A DNA stretch of 64,000 bases from Candidatus Limnocylindrales bacterium (GCA_038329515.1 JBBQNA010000001.1:2086-66085), one strand, 5' to 3'. Numbered from the stretch's first letter, positions 9,570 to 19,532 are shown. Notes: generated by a model not told the origin, from the sequence alone. Translations and numbers: made by a program.

Positions 9570-10835
9570 GTGCCGGTCATGGACCACTATCAGGAGGCAT
9601 CCCACATGCAGGACATCCGATCCGATCCGACGGCGGCCGGCCTGGTCGGCACGGCCGGCCTTCCCGTCCGCAACCGACGCAGCATCGGCGTCGTCCGTGG
9701 ACTCGGCATCAGCGCGCTGTGCCTCGTCTCGGCAGGCGTCGGCGCAGCAGCCGCCTCCGGCAGCGCGGTGTTCGCGGCCGACGAGACCCAGCCATCCGTC
9801 ACGGCCGGCACTACCGACGCAGCCGGTGACAACCAGGTCGTCATCGACGTCGTCAAGGCGGTCTCGCCCTCGGTCGTGACCATCAACGTGACGTCCAACG
9901 CGGACACCAGCCAGAACCCCGGCAACGGCAACGGGCCCCAGGGCTTCGTGCAGTCGGGTACCGGTTCGGGCGTCATCATCGATGACAGCGGGCTTGTCCT
10001 CACCAACCACCACGTCGTCCAGGACGCCGACACGGTCAGCGTCGTCCTCGCGGACGGACGCACCTTCGATGGCACCGTCGTGGGCATCGATACGTACACC
10101 GACCTGGCGTTCGTGAAGATCGACGCCACGGGCTTGCAGGCCGCGGAGCTGGGCGACTCGGCCGCGCTCCAGGTCGGCCAGCTGGCCATCGCCATGGGTG
10201 ACCCACTCGGTCAGTACCCGGGCTCTGTGACCTCGGGCATCGTCAGCGGCCTCGACCGCACGGTCGTGGTGTCCGATCGCAGAAGTGGCGAGGCCACCCG
10301 GCTGTCGCACCTCATCCAGACCGATGCGGCGATCAACCCCGGCAACTCCGGCGGCCCACTGCTCGACGGGGACGGCAAGGTCATCGGCATCGACACCGCC
10401 CAGGCAGGGGCTGCCCAGGGCATCGGCTTCGCCATCCCCATCGACCTCGCCAAGCCCATCATCGCCCAGGTCCTCGCCGGCAAGGACATCGTGAGGCCGT
10501 ACATCGGCATCCAGTACCTGGTGCTGGACGCGCAGGTCGCCGCGGACAACAACCTGAGCGTCAACAACGGCGCCTGGATCCACACCACGGCTGCCGGTGG
10601 CACCAACGCCACACCCTCCGTCGTCGCTGACAGCCCTGCGGACAAGGGCGGCCTCATGGACGGCGACATCATCACCGCCATCGCCGACCAGGCCATCGAC
10701 AAGGAGCATCCGCTCGACCTCGTCCTCCTCACGCATGCACCCGGTGACACCGTCACCCTGACGGTCCTTCGGGATGGCGCGACGATCTCCGTCGACGTCA
10801 CCCTCGGCACCCGCCCCGCGGATCTCACCCAGTGA
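9570..10835 (+). CDS. htrA: HtrA/DegP-family serine protease (trypsin-like S1C + PDZ), membrane-anchored.
   Basis: Catalytic triad context HH...D...GNSGGPL. C-terminal PDZ domain. N-terminal TM anchor. Lies directly downstream of the RR/HK pair. Confidence 0.9.
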   Translation: MPVMDHYQEASHMQDIRSDPTAAGLVGTAGLPVRNRRSIGVVRGLGISALCLVSAGVGAAAASGSAVFAADETQPSVTAGTTDAAGDNQVVIDVVKAVSPSVVTINVTSNADTSQNPGNGNGPQGFVQSGTGSGVIIDDSGLVLTNHHVVQDADTVSVVLADGRTFDGTVVGIDTYTDLAFVKIDATGLQAAELGDSAALQVGQLAIAMGDPLGQYPGSVTSGIVSGLDRTVVVSDRRSGEATRLSHLIQTDAAINPGNSGGPLLDGDGKVIGIDTAQAGAAQGIGFAIPIDLAKPIIAQVLAGKDIVRPYIGIQYLVLDAQVAADNNLSVNNGAWIHTTAAGGTNATPSVVADSPADKGGLMDGDIITAIADQAIDKEHPLDLVLLTHAPGDTVTLTVLRDGATISVDVTLGTRPADLTQ

Positions 10836-10969
10836 TCCCCGCTCGGGGCGGACCTCTCTCCCGCCCTGACAACCCTCATGACGACGGCGGCGCCCCAGGC
10901 GTCGCCGTCGTTCTCGTGTCCCCCCGGGGGTAGCTTTCATGTCCGGGTCGCGCATGCCATCATCGATCC

Positions 10970-12253
10970 ATGCGACCTGACCGAACCCCTCTGCTTGACC
11001 GATACCGAACCGGCATGCGTGCGGTCCTGGATGCGCTCGCTGACATCTCGGACACCGCGCTCGACCGACCCGCTCCGGATGGTGGCTGGACCGCACGCGA
11101 GATCGCCCATCACCTCGCGGAGAGCGAGACCAACGGCTACGTCCGGCTGCGGCGGCTCATCGCCGAGGACGGGCCCCTCATCGTGCCCTACGACCAGGAT
11201 GAGTACGCTCGGCACAACCACTACGACCGACCCATCGGAGCATCACTGGCGGTCCTGGATGCGGTCCGTGCGTCGAGCATGGAGCTCCTCGAGGCGCTGA
11301 CAGCGGCAGAGTGGGAGCGATCTGGCCAGCACACCGACTCCGGACGCTATTCGGTCGACGACTGGCTGGGTGTCTACGCGCGGCATCCCCATGAGCACGC
11401 CGGACAGATCCGGCGGGCGCGTGGCTGGGAGCGCCAGCTGGAGGTGCCGGGCGGATCCCTGTTCATCCAGCAGGAGGGTGTCGGGGTGCCGCTGGTCCTG
11501 CTGCACGCCGGGATCGTGGACGCTCGGGCATGGGATGCGCTGGTGCCCTTGTTGACCTCGACTGGTCATCGGGTCATCCGCTACGACCGGCGTGGCTTCG
11601 GCCGTTCGCTGACCCAGGATGTGGCCTACTCCAATCGGGCGGATATGCTGGCGGTGCTGGACGCCCTGGAGGTGGAGCGTGCAGTGATCGTGGGCAACTC
11701 GCAGGGGGGTCAGATCGCGGTCGACACGGCCATCGAGTTCCCGGAGCGGGTTGCGGGAGTGGTCACCATCGGCGCCAGCATCGGCGGCTACGAACCCGAC
11801 ATCACGCCCGAGGAGACAGCCCTGTTCGAGGAGATGGACCGGCTCCAGGACGCCCGAGACGTGTCGGCCATCGTGGCCCTGGACCTGGCAGTGTGGGTGG
11901 ATGGCCAGGGCCAGGGACCTGACCGGGTGCCGGCACATGTCCGAGAGGCGGTGGCAGCGATGGACCTGGGCATCTGGGAGCCGACGCGTATCGAGGGCCA
12001 GCCGGTTCCCCTCGAACCACGCGCAGCGGAGCGCCTCTCGGAGCTGGCGGCCCCAGTGCTCGCCATCGCCGGCACGCTCGACGTGTCCGATGTCTGGATG
12101 ACCGCCCAGTACCTCGCCGCGAAGGCGCCAGACGCACGCGCCGTGCTGCTGCCCAACGTCGCGCACATGATCGCGATGGAGACCCCCGAGGAGATCGCAC
12201 GCCTCGTCGCCGGCTTCGTGGCCGCGCTGCCCATGCCCCGCGCAGGGCGCTGA
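10970..12253 (+). CDS. Fusion protein: DinB/YfiT-like metal-dependent domain (N-terminal) joined to an alpha/beta-hydrolase fold (C-terminal).
   Basis: N-terminal His-triad pattern (HHLAESE ... HPHEHAGQI) typical of DinB_2. C-terminal HGG-like LLHAG and nucleophile elbow GNSQGG (G-x-S-x-G). Confidence 0.75.
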   Translation: MRPDRTPLLDRYRTGMRAVLDALADISDTALDRPAPDGGWTAREIAHHLAESETNGYVRLRRLIAEDGPLIVPYDQDEYARHNHYDRPIGASLAVLDAVRASSMELLEALTAAEWERSGQHTDSGRYSVDDWLGVYARHPHEHAGQIRRARGWERQLEVPGGSLFIQQEGVGVPLVLLHAGIVDARAWDALVPLLTSTGHRVIRYDRRGFGRSLTQDVAYSNRADMLAVLDALEVERAVIVGNSQGGQIAVDTAIEFPERVAGVVTIGASIGGYEPDITPEETALFEEMDRLQDARDVSAIVALDLAVWVDGQGQGPDRVPAHVREAVAAMDLGIWEPTRIEGQPVPLEPRAAERLSELAAPVLAIAGTLDVSDVWMTAQYLAAKAPDARAVLLPNVAHMIAMETPEEIARLVAGFVAALPMPRAGR

Positions 12254-12405
12254 CGCCAGCAGACTACTCCGCTCCGCACGGCCGAGTGGCCCCCGCGTAC
12301 CTCCCCCGTGGCCGCAAGGTGTTGAGACAGGTCGCGGCAGACCGGGTTACCCTGTGCGCCTGCCGATCGTCGCCGTGAACGCGATCGACCAGTGACCGGG
12401 GTGTC

Positions 12406-12436
12406 GGTCCGTTGCGGACCCACCCAAGAACGGACC
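12406..12436 (+). promoter_or_regulatory. Alternative overlapping hairpins in the 5'UTR of the CAP-domain gene.
   Basis: GGTCCG(TT) at 12406-12413 can pair either with CGGACC at 12415-12420 or with AACGGACC at 12429-12436. RBS GAGG at 12449-12452, start at 12461. Confidence 0.25.
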
Positions 12437-12460
12437 AACGCCCCAGCGTGAGGTTTCGCC

Positions 12461-13027
12461 ATGTCCCTGCTCCGTATGTCCATGCGCTCGCGGCTGTTGC
12501 TGAGCGTGCTCTCGATCGCGTGCCTGCTGGGCTCCGCGATACCGTCCGTGGCCAGCGCCGCCAACACCGACCTGGAGCGGTTCGCTCTGTCACTCGTGAA
12601 CTGCACCCGGACGGGTGGCTGGGTCCGCGCCGACGGCAGCTGCAAGGGACGCGGGAGCGGCACGTACAGCAAGTATCGCCAGCCGCTCACGCTCCACAGC
12701 GGCATCTCCAGCAAGGTCGCCCGCAAGTACGCCGTGAAGCTGGCGTCGGCGGACGCCTGCCGGCACGACCTGGGTGGCAGCAGCATCCAGCAGCGTTTCC
12801 GCACCGGTGGCTACGACCGGACCCCATACGGCGAGAGCCTGGGTTGCAGCAGCGGCTGGAGCACCCGACGGATGGTCATCCGGACCCACCGGATGATGCA
12901 ATCGGAACGCGCCTACAACGGCTGGCATTGGCGGAACATGAAGAACGGCGACTTCACGCGTGTCGGGGTCGGCATCGCGCGGGATGGCAACGAGTCGCGC
13001 GTCGTCTATGACTTCTACGGCGGCTGA
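12461..13027 (+). CDS. Secreted CAP/SCP/PR-1 domain protein (YkwD-like).
   Basis: Signal peptide. Conserved CAP motifs (HS..S....YA..LA...C.H; GENL; Y..W..S..H..N). 188 aa. Confidence 0.8.
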   Translation: MSLLRMSMRSRLLLSVLSIACLLGSAIPSVASAANTDLERFALSLVNCTRTGGWVRADGSCKGRGSGTYSKYRQPLTLHSGISSKVARKYAVKLASADACRHDLGGSSIQQRFRTGGYDRTPYGESLGCSSGWSTRRMVIRTHRMMQSERAYNGWHWRNMKNGDFTRVGVGIARDGNESRVVYDFYGG

Positions 13028-13062
13028 TCGGGACGAGTCACGCACATGGCCGCCGCTGCGGT

Positions 13063-13626
13063 ATGGTGCATAGCGCCACTCATGGGAGCAGGAGGGAAAT
13101 CGCGGCTGTGCTGGAGCAAGATCTGGGTCTGCTCGTCATCAGGCTCGTCGTAGGTCTGACGTTCGCCGCGCATGGCGCACAGAAGGTGCTGGGGGTCTGG
13201 GGCGGCCCGGGCATGGTCGGCTGGACCGGCGCCATGGAGCATATGGGATTTCGTCCGGCGCGCTACTGGGCGCTGTTGTCGGCTGGCGTAGAGCTGGGCT
13301 GCGGCATCGCGTTCGCGATCGGCTTCCTGACCCCCATCGCAGCGGCTGCGCTCATCGGGCATGCCACGGTCATCATCCTCAAGGTCCAGTTGCCGCGGGG
13401 CTTCTGGAACTCCAAGGGTGGCATCGAATTTCCGCTGTCGCTGCTGGGCGGCCTACTCGGCATCCTGCTCATCGGACCCGGCGGTCTGGCCATCGACGGT
13501 CTCCTGCACCTGGGCCTGATGAGTGAAGGCTGGGTGCGCTGGATCGGTGTCATCGCCGGCCTTGGTGGTGGTGCGGGCATCTACCTGTACTCGGTCCGAC
13601 CAGCGGTCACGACGCCTCCCGCCTGA
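13063..13626 (+). CDS. DoxX-family membrane protein.
   Basis: LLVIRLVVGLTFAAHGAQK and four TM helices. An alternative GTG start at 13108 has a strong AGGAGG RBS. Confidence 0.8.
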   Translation: MVHSATHGSRREIAAVLEQDLGLLVIRLVVGLTFAAHGAQKVLGVWGGPGMVGWTGAMEHMGFRPARYWALLSAGVELGCGIAFAIGFLTPIAAAALIGHATVIILKVQLPRGFWNSKGGIEFPLSLLGGLLGILLIGPGGLAIDGLLHLGLMSEGWVRWIGVIAGLGGGAGIYLYSVRPAVTTPPA

Positions 13627-13741
13627 CCAGCCTGCTCTCAGGCCGGCCTCATCCTGGGCTGCCGTTCGCCCACGAAGGCGGGACGGCCTCCGTATCACCG
13701 TGGCACGGCTCGTTCAGGCCTACTGGCGACGCACACTCGCA

Positions 13742-14069
13742 GGGCCCCGGAGCTGCACCACATGCCCGCAGGGGCCCCGGAGCTGCACACACCTCGCGTG
13801 CACCCGTGACCAGTGACCGTCGCTACGCGGTACCCCACGCCCTCTGATTCACGAGCCATGTGCACGCAGCGCCTCCTGGCGGCCAGAGATCGTCCGTGGC
13901 TGCCGTGATCGTCCGTTCCTGCACAGACTGCGTGCGTTCCGCAGCGCGCCGCGTCTCGGTGCTGGCAGGTGGTCTCGGGTGCACGATCTGCGTGCATCAT
14001 CTGGGCGCCCGGATCTGCCGAGGCCAGGATCAGCCGAGGCCCGGTCCAGCCGTCGCCCGGTCCAGCCGT
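13742..14069. repeat. Cluster of short direct repeats in a 609-bp convergent intergenic region: a 21-bp unit twice, a 16-bp unit twice, a 9-bp unit twice and a 15-bp tandem pair.
   Basis: GGGCCCCGGAGCTGCAC(A/C)ACA at 13742 and 13771. GCACnnnCTGCGTGC at 13921 and 13981, plus a reverse copy near 13861. GCCGAGGCC twice near 14020-14041. GCCCGGTCCAGCCGT tandem at 14040-14069. Confidence 0.5.
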
Positions 14070-14235
14070 GTGCCCCCAACGGGCGCTACGACCAGGGAGC
14101 AGAGAAGGCTCGAGCGACGCATGGACGCCCGCGCCACGACGCGACGGTCCGACGAAGGGCTCCGGTGGCCTCGGAACGAGCCTCGCCGGTCGCAGGACCC
14201 GCTCCGCCCACGTCGGCGCCGGTCGGGAGTCCGCG

Positions 14236-15378
14236 CTAGTTCCTCACCCGTCCGAACTGCTGCTGGAAGAAGGCACGCACGACGTCGATCTTCAACTTCG
14301 TGGAGTACAGCACATCACCCGCTCCCGCGAACTTCGTGGGCCCCAGGATGGTGCTCTTGAAGTCACCCAGCTTGGCTCGCCCAGCGAGCGCCAGGAGCGC
14401 GGGCGCATCCCCCAGGTCGATGTCCGTCTTGAGGAGGCCATCGAACTTGGCGACCAGCGGCGGCAGCCCTTCTGGACCCCGCTTGATGACCTTCCTGATG
14501 GCCCCCGCGATGAGTTGCTGCTGACGCCGGCCGCGCTCGTAGTCGCTGTCCGTGTGGCGCGTCCGCGCGAATGCCAGGGCGACGTTGCCGTTCAGGTGGT
14601 TCTTGCCTGCCTTGAGGATGAGGCCGGTCTGGCCCTTCATGCGCACATGCATCGTGGGATCGACCAGGGCACGCGCGAGGGTCACGTCCACCCCGCCGAT
14701 CTCGTCGACGAGATTGCGCACGCCATGGAACCCGATCATCGCGTACCGGTCGATCTCGATGCCGGAGGTGTACTCCATCGCCTGGACCATGCGCTTGAAG
14801 GTGGCCTGGCGACCGCCGCCGTAGCCCGCGAGGTACGCGAACAGGGCGTTGACGCGGGTGTAGCCACTCCCGTAGGTCTTGCCCGGCGCATAGGGCACGA
14901 ACACCATGTCCCGCGGCAGGCTGGCCATGGAGACCTTGCCGTTCCTGGGGTTGATGGTCACGAACATGATGGTGTCTGTGCGGCCGTTGAGCTGTCGCGA
15001 CCGGGAGTCGACACCCAGGAGCAGCATCGTGAACCGGCCATCGGTACCCAGCAGGTGGTCGATGTCGGGGAGCTCCGGCGACGCCGTGGGAACGGGGGTC
15101 GGCTCGGCGGTCACCACCGGTCTGGGCGTCTTCGTCGGCCTGGGCGTCTTCGTCGGCCTGGGCGTCCTGGCCGGCTTCGCGGTGGGGGTCGCGTCCGGTC
15201 CGGGGGTTACGCGTGCCTGCTCGGTCGGGGCGGCGGTCTGACCCGCGCCATCGGACGGTCCTGGCGTCCCCAGCGGGGCGGCGAAGGTGCACGCTGCCAG
15301 CAGCGGCACCACCATCGCGGCGAGCATGACTCGGTGCAGTCGGCTGTTCAAGTCGGGACTCCCATGCTGGTCGTGCAC
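14236..15378 (-). CDS. LytR-CpsA-Psr (LCP) family cell-wall polymer transferase, probable lipoprotein with Pro/Thr-rich linker.
   Basis: LCP core motifs (RTDTIM, RHTDSDYERGRRQQQLI). Lipobox LLAAC after a basic N-terminus. Linker TPRPTKTPRPTKTPRP. Confidence 0.85.
   Translation of the reverse strand: MHDQHGSPDLNSRLHRVMLAAMVVPLLAACTFAAPLGTPGPSDGAGQTAAPTEQARVTPGPDATPTAKPARTPRPTKTPRPTKTPRPVVTAEPTPVPTASPELPDIDHLLGTDGRFTMLLLGVDSRSRQLNGRTDTIMFVTINPRNGKVSMASLPRDMVFVPYAPGKTYGSGYTRVNALFAYLAGYGGGRQATFKRMVQAMEYTSGIEIDRYAMIGFHGVRNLVDEIGGVDVTLARALVDPTMHVRMKGQTGLILKAGKNHLNGNVALAFARTRHTDSDYERGRRQQQLIAGAIRKVIKRGPEGLPPLVAKFDGLLKTDIDLGDAPALLALAGRAKLGDFKSTILGPTKFAGAGDVLYSTKLKIDVVRAFFQQQFGRVRN
15123..15176 (-). 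repeat. 18-bp tandem repeat (about 3 copies) encoding the (TPRPTK)n linker of the LCP protein.
   Basis: CTGGGCGTCTTCGTCGGC repeated at 15123, 15141 and 15159 (third copy diverged). Confidence 0.6.
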
Positions 15379-15691
15379 TCCACACGGCCTGACGGGAACT
15401 GGGCAGTGATCCCCGATGGCTCGTTGGCACTCTCGTGCCGTTGCGGAGTCTAGCGGTGCATCACCGAACGCGCGTCCGGCGCCTGACGCTCAGCCGGGCG
15501 CGAGCACCTGGAGTGCTCCTGGCCTGGCCTCGACCTCGATGGCGCCCGAGCCACAGCAGATCCCCAGCACCCCCGGCGGCACGCACGCGTGACGCGGACG
15601 GGTTGACGATCAGGAGGCTGGGCGGCATGGACCGATCATGGCACGGAGGGGAGCACGGCGATCGGCTGCCACGCTCCCGCCACGGTGACCA

Positions 15692-18600
15692 TCAGGCGCC
15701 CCCCGTCGCCTCCCCCGCTGCGGGCGTTGGCGCGCCCTCATGGGTGCGTCCACCGAACCGACGCGCGGCGGCCTGCTTGCCGCCATCCACCAGGGAGTAG
15801 ACCACGGGCACGATCACGAGGGTCAGGATGGTCGAGCTGAACAGCCCGCCGATGACCACCACGCCCAGCTCGGCCGCGATGACCGAGCCATTCGAGAAAC
15901 CGAGTGCCAGCGGCAGCAGCGCCAGGATGGTCGCGACCGCCGTCATCAGGATCGGCCGCACACGGGTCCGGCCGCCCTGCATGAGGGCGTCGTAGGTGGA
16001 GTACCCCCGGTGACGTAGCTGTTCCACGAGGTCCAGCAACACGATGGCGTTCGTGACCACGATGCCGATGAGCATCAGGAAGCCGATGAGGGCGCTGATG
16101 CCGATCGGCTGGCCCGAGATGAGCAGCGCCGGGAAGGCACCGATGATCGCCAGCGGCAGGCTGAACAGCACCACCAGCGGGTCGACCAGCGAGCCGAACA
16201 GGAAGACCATCACGAGATACACCAGCAGGATCGCCACGCCCATGGACACGAACAGGCTGCCGAAGGCCTGGCCCTGCTGCTGCGAGACACCCGCCAGCTC
16301 CACGGTCACGCTGGCCGGGATGGCGCCGCTCGCCTGCAGCTCGTCGATCTGCGTGGTGACCGACCTGGTCACGGAGCCCTCGTCATCGGTCACGATGTCG
16401 CCACTGATGGTCGCGGCTGGGGCGCCATCGACACGCGTCACAGACCCCTGCGAGCTGACCGACGTGACTTCCGCCACGGTGCCGAGGGGTGCCTGCCGGA
16501 CCGTGCCGACAGGCAGTGTCTTGAGGCCCTCGATCGAGGTCGCGGTCGAGGAGTCGATCTTGAGCGTGATGGCAAGCGGATCCAGACCGGGCACCGTGAG
16601 AGTGCCCAGCGACTGCCCGATGAGCACGTTGCGCACGTCGTTCGCGATCTGGGCCGTCGTCGAGCCCAGCAGGATGGCCTGGTTGGGGTCCACCGCCACG
16701 AGCACCGCGGGCACTTCCGTGGACAGGTCGCTCTTGACGTTGACCACGTCGGGCTGCGCTGCGAGCGCCGCGATGATGGCGTCGTTGGCAGTCGTGATGG
16801 CCGCCGTATCGTCACCACTGACGACGATGGACAGGCCGCCGCCGCCGCCGAAGCTCTGCTGCGGGCCGACTGCGATGGAGTAGCCCTGGGCCGTGGCAGG
16901 CTCGAGGGTCGCGAGCAGCTCCTTGGTCTTGGCGTCGAGGTCCGAGTCCGGCACGAGTCGCACGGTGAGCTGCGCGCTATTGCCGGAGCGGCCCTGGAAT
17001 GCCGACTGGAGCGTCTGGGCGCCGGTGTCGGCATCGCCCGGGATGCTCGTCTGGACCAGGGTCACGTCCGGATCGGCGCGCAAGAGGGTCTCCACCTGCT
17101 GGGTGCGCTCCAGGACCGCGGCCCCGGACGCGCCTGCGGGCGGCGACACGGTGACTGCCAGGATGGGCTGGCTGCCGGTATCGAGGAACTGGGTCGGGAT
17201 CTGGGACACCAGCGACAGCGAAGCCACGAACAGCACCAGAGCGATGCCCAACGTCGCCCAGCGGGTGACCCGCGAACGGAGCGCGAGCTGGAGCACGGGC
17301 GTGTACATCCGCTGCCAGATCGTCTCCGGCAGCTCCCCGTCAGCGTCGACCTTGATGTTGACCTTGCCGACGAAGAAGTAGGCCAGGACCGGCACCACGG
17401 TCAGGGCGACCAGCAGCGACGCGATGAGCGCGAAGGAGACCGTCAGCGCGAAGGGCAGGAAGAACTGGCTGACGATGCCGCCGACGAAGCCGAGCGGCAG
17501 GAACACCGCCACGGTGGTCAGGGTGCTGCTCGTGATGGCCCCGGCCACCTCGCGCGTTCCCGACAGCACCGCGTCGCCGATGGCCTCGCCCCGGGCCTTG
17601 TGCCGGTAGATGTTCTCGAGCACCACGATCGCGTCATCGACGACGCGCCCGACAGCGACCGCGAGCGCGCCCAGGGTGATGATGTTGATGGTCAGCCCGG
17701 CCGCGCCCATGATGGTCAGCGCGGCGAAGATCGAGAGCGGGATGCTCACTGCAGCCACGAGCGTGGAACGCATGCTGAGCAGGAACAGGAAGATGGTCAG
17801 GACCGCGAACAGGGCACCCAGGAGCCCCTCGCGCACGAGCCCATCGCGGGACTCCTTGATGAAATCCGCGGTGTTGGAGATGGTATCGACCGCGATGACG
17901 TCCTGATGCTGTGCCGTGATGGCCGCGAAGGCGGTCTCGATGGCGTCCGCCACATCCACGGTGTTGGCGCCCGATCCCTTGCTCACCAGCAGGGTCAGCG
18001 ACGGCTGGCCATTGGTGCGGGAATAGCCGGACGTGTTGACGTCGACGACCTCGACGGCCGCGATCTCACCCAGGGTCACCGGCGTGGGCAACTCCCCTGC
18101 CGTGGTCGGCTGGGTCACGGCGACGACCTGTGCCTTGAGTTCGTCCAGCGAGGCATAGTGATGGCTGGCGGTGACCGGCAGCACGGTCGTGCCATCGGCC
18201 AGGCTGCCGGCAGGAACGGTCAGCTGATTCGCCTGGAGGATGTTTTGGACCTGCTGCAGGCTGACGCCGGCGGCGGCCATGGCCGTTGGGTCCAGGGTGA
18301 TGACGAGTCGCTTGGTGGTGCCACCGGTGAGGTCCGCCGATGACACCCCGGGGATGGCCCGGATGAGCGGCAGCAGCTCGGCCCGCGCGATGGCTGCGGC
18401 AACAGCCGGATCAGCACCCTCTGCTGGTCCGATGGCGGCCACGATCACCGGCTGGTCATTGATGTTCACCGCGGATACACGCGGCTGGACGCCGTTGGGT
18501 AGGGTGGCGCCGCCAAGAGCGGTCTCGATCGCCTGCTGGGTGTCCTTGATGTTGGTGCCGTACTCGAACTGGGCGATGACCAGCGACAGCGAGTTGGCCG

Positions 18601-18854
18601 ACGTGGAGGACAACGACTCCAGGCGCGGCACGCTCTTGATGGCCTGCTCGATGGGCACTGTCACCTGCTGGGCGACATCTTCCGCGCCAGCGCCCGGCTC
18701 GGCTGCGATGACGGTCACGAAGGGCAGCTGGATGTCCGGCAGCAGCTCCTGGCGGAGCGAGCCCCACGCCATCAGGCCGCTCAGGAAGATGGCGAACGAG
18801 ATGAGGATCACGATGCTCTTGTTGCGCAGGGCGATCTCAGTGAGCCGGATCATG
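15692..18854 (-). CDS. RND efflux transporter (AcrB/HAE-type, 12 TM + large extracytoplasmic loops).
   Basis: 1054 aa from the ATG at 18852-18854 (MIRLTEIALRNKSIVIL...). AcrB-like N-terminus and duplicated TM bundles. The supplied ORF start at 19006 is an upstream extension. Confidence 0.9.
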
Positions 18855-18920
18855 GGACTCCTCTTTCGGCCGTCATCAGGCGTGGACCCGGGGCCGGTCC
18901 ACGGGGTGGGGGGTGGTCGA

Positions 18921-19354
18921 TCAGTCGTTGGTGGGGAGCGATGCGTCGGGGGTGTGCGAGGCACTGCCCAGTCGGGCCTCGAGGGCACGCACCAGGCCTG
19001 TGACACCTCGTTGGAGACCCATCAGCTCGTCACGCTCCAGGGACACCAGCAGGTCGCGCATCAGCTGTGAGCCGAGGTCCTGGAACCGTTCCACGATCTC
19101 CTGGCCCTTGTCCGTCAACGTGATGACCACCTGCCGCCGGTCGGCCGGGTCATCGTGCCGCGCAACGAGGCCCATCTCTGACAGCCGGTCGATATTGCCG
19201 CTGACGGTCGAGAGCCCGACACCCAGGCGACTCGCCAGGGCTGACATGCGAATGCCCGGTGAGCACTGGACAAGGTGCAGCGCCTTGGCCTGCTGCATCG
19301 TCACGTCGAGGCTCAGGAACGCGGGCACGTGGACCTGGGCCGTCAGCTCGCGCA
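18921..19354 (-). CDS. MarR-family transcriptional regulator, upstream of and co-directional with the RND pump.
   Basis: Winged HTH (SALASRLGVGLSTVSGNIDRLSEMGLVAR...DRRQVVITLTDKG). About 144 aa from MRELTAQ. A GTG at about 19414 is an alternative start. The supplied 371-aa ORF is an extension. Confidence 0.75.
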
Positions 19355-19532
19355 TCCGGTCGAAGACCAGCACGAGGTCCGCGACGATGGCTTCGTTGGT
19401 GACATCGCTCACGGCCGACCGGATCTCCGGCTCGTCATTCGTCTGGACCGAATACTTCGCATCGGCCGAAAGATACCACTGCGATACTTCTGTGCGCTTT
19501 CCCGTGCGGTCGGTGGCTGCTACCGTGCAGCG

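Noticed and set aside
13741-14100. Possible degenerate CRISPR array (repeat spacing about 60 bp)
   Set aside because: No consistent repeat unit of 28-37 bp. Several unrelated short repeat families. No cas genes anywhere in the window.
13860-14360. 166-aa ORF with paired CxxC motifs (zinc-ribbon-like)
   Set aside because: Both CxxC motifs are encoded by the DNA direct repeats GCAC..CTGCGTGC. The ORF runs 125 nt into the convergent LCP gene. There is no RBS, and the remainder is Arg/Pro low-complexity. Most likely an artefact of the repeats.
14363-15430. 355-aa ORF on the minus strand
   Set aside because: It is an alternative frame of the LCP gene (Arg/Pro/Gly low complexity). The LCP frame carries the family motifs.
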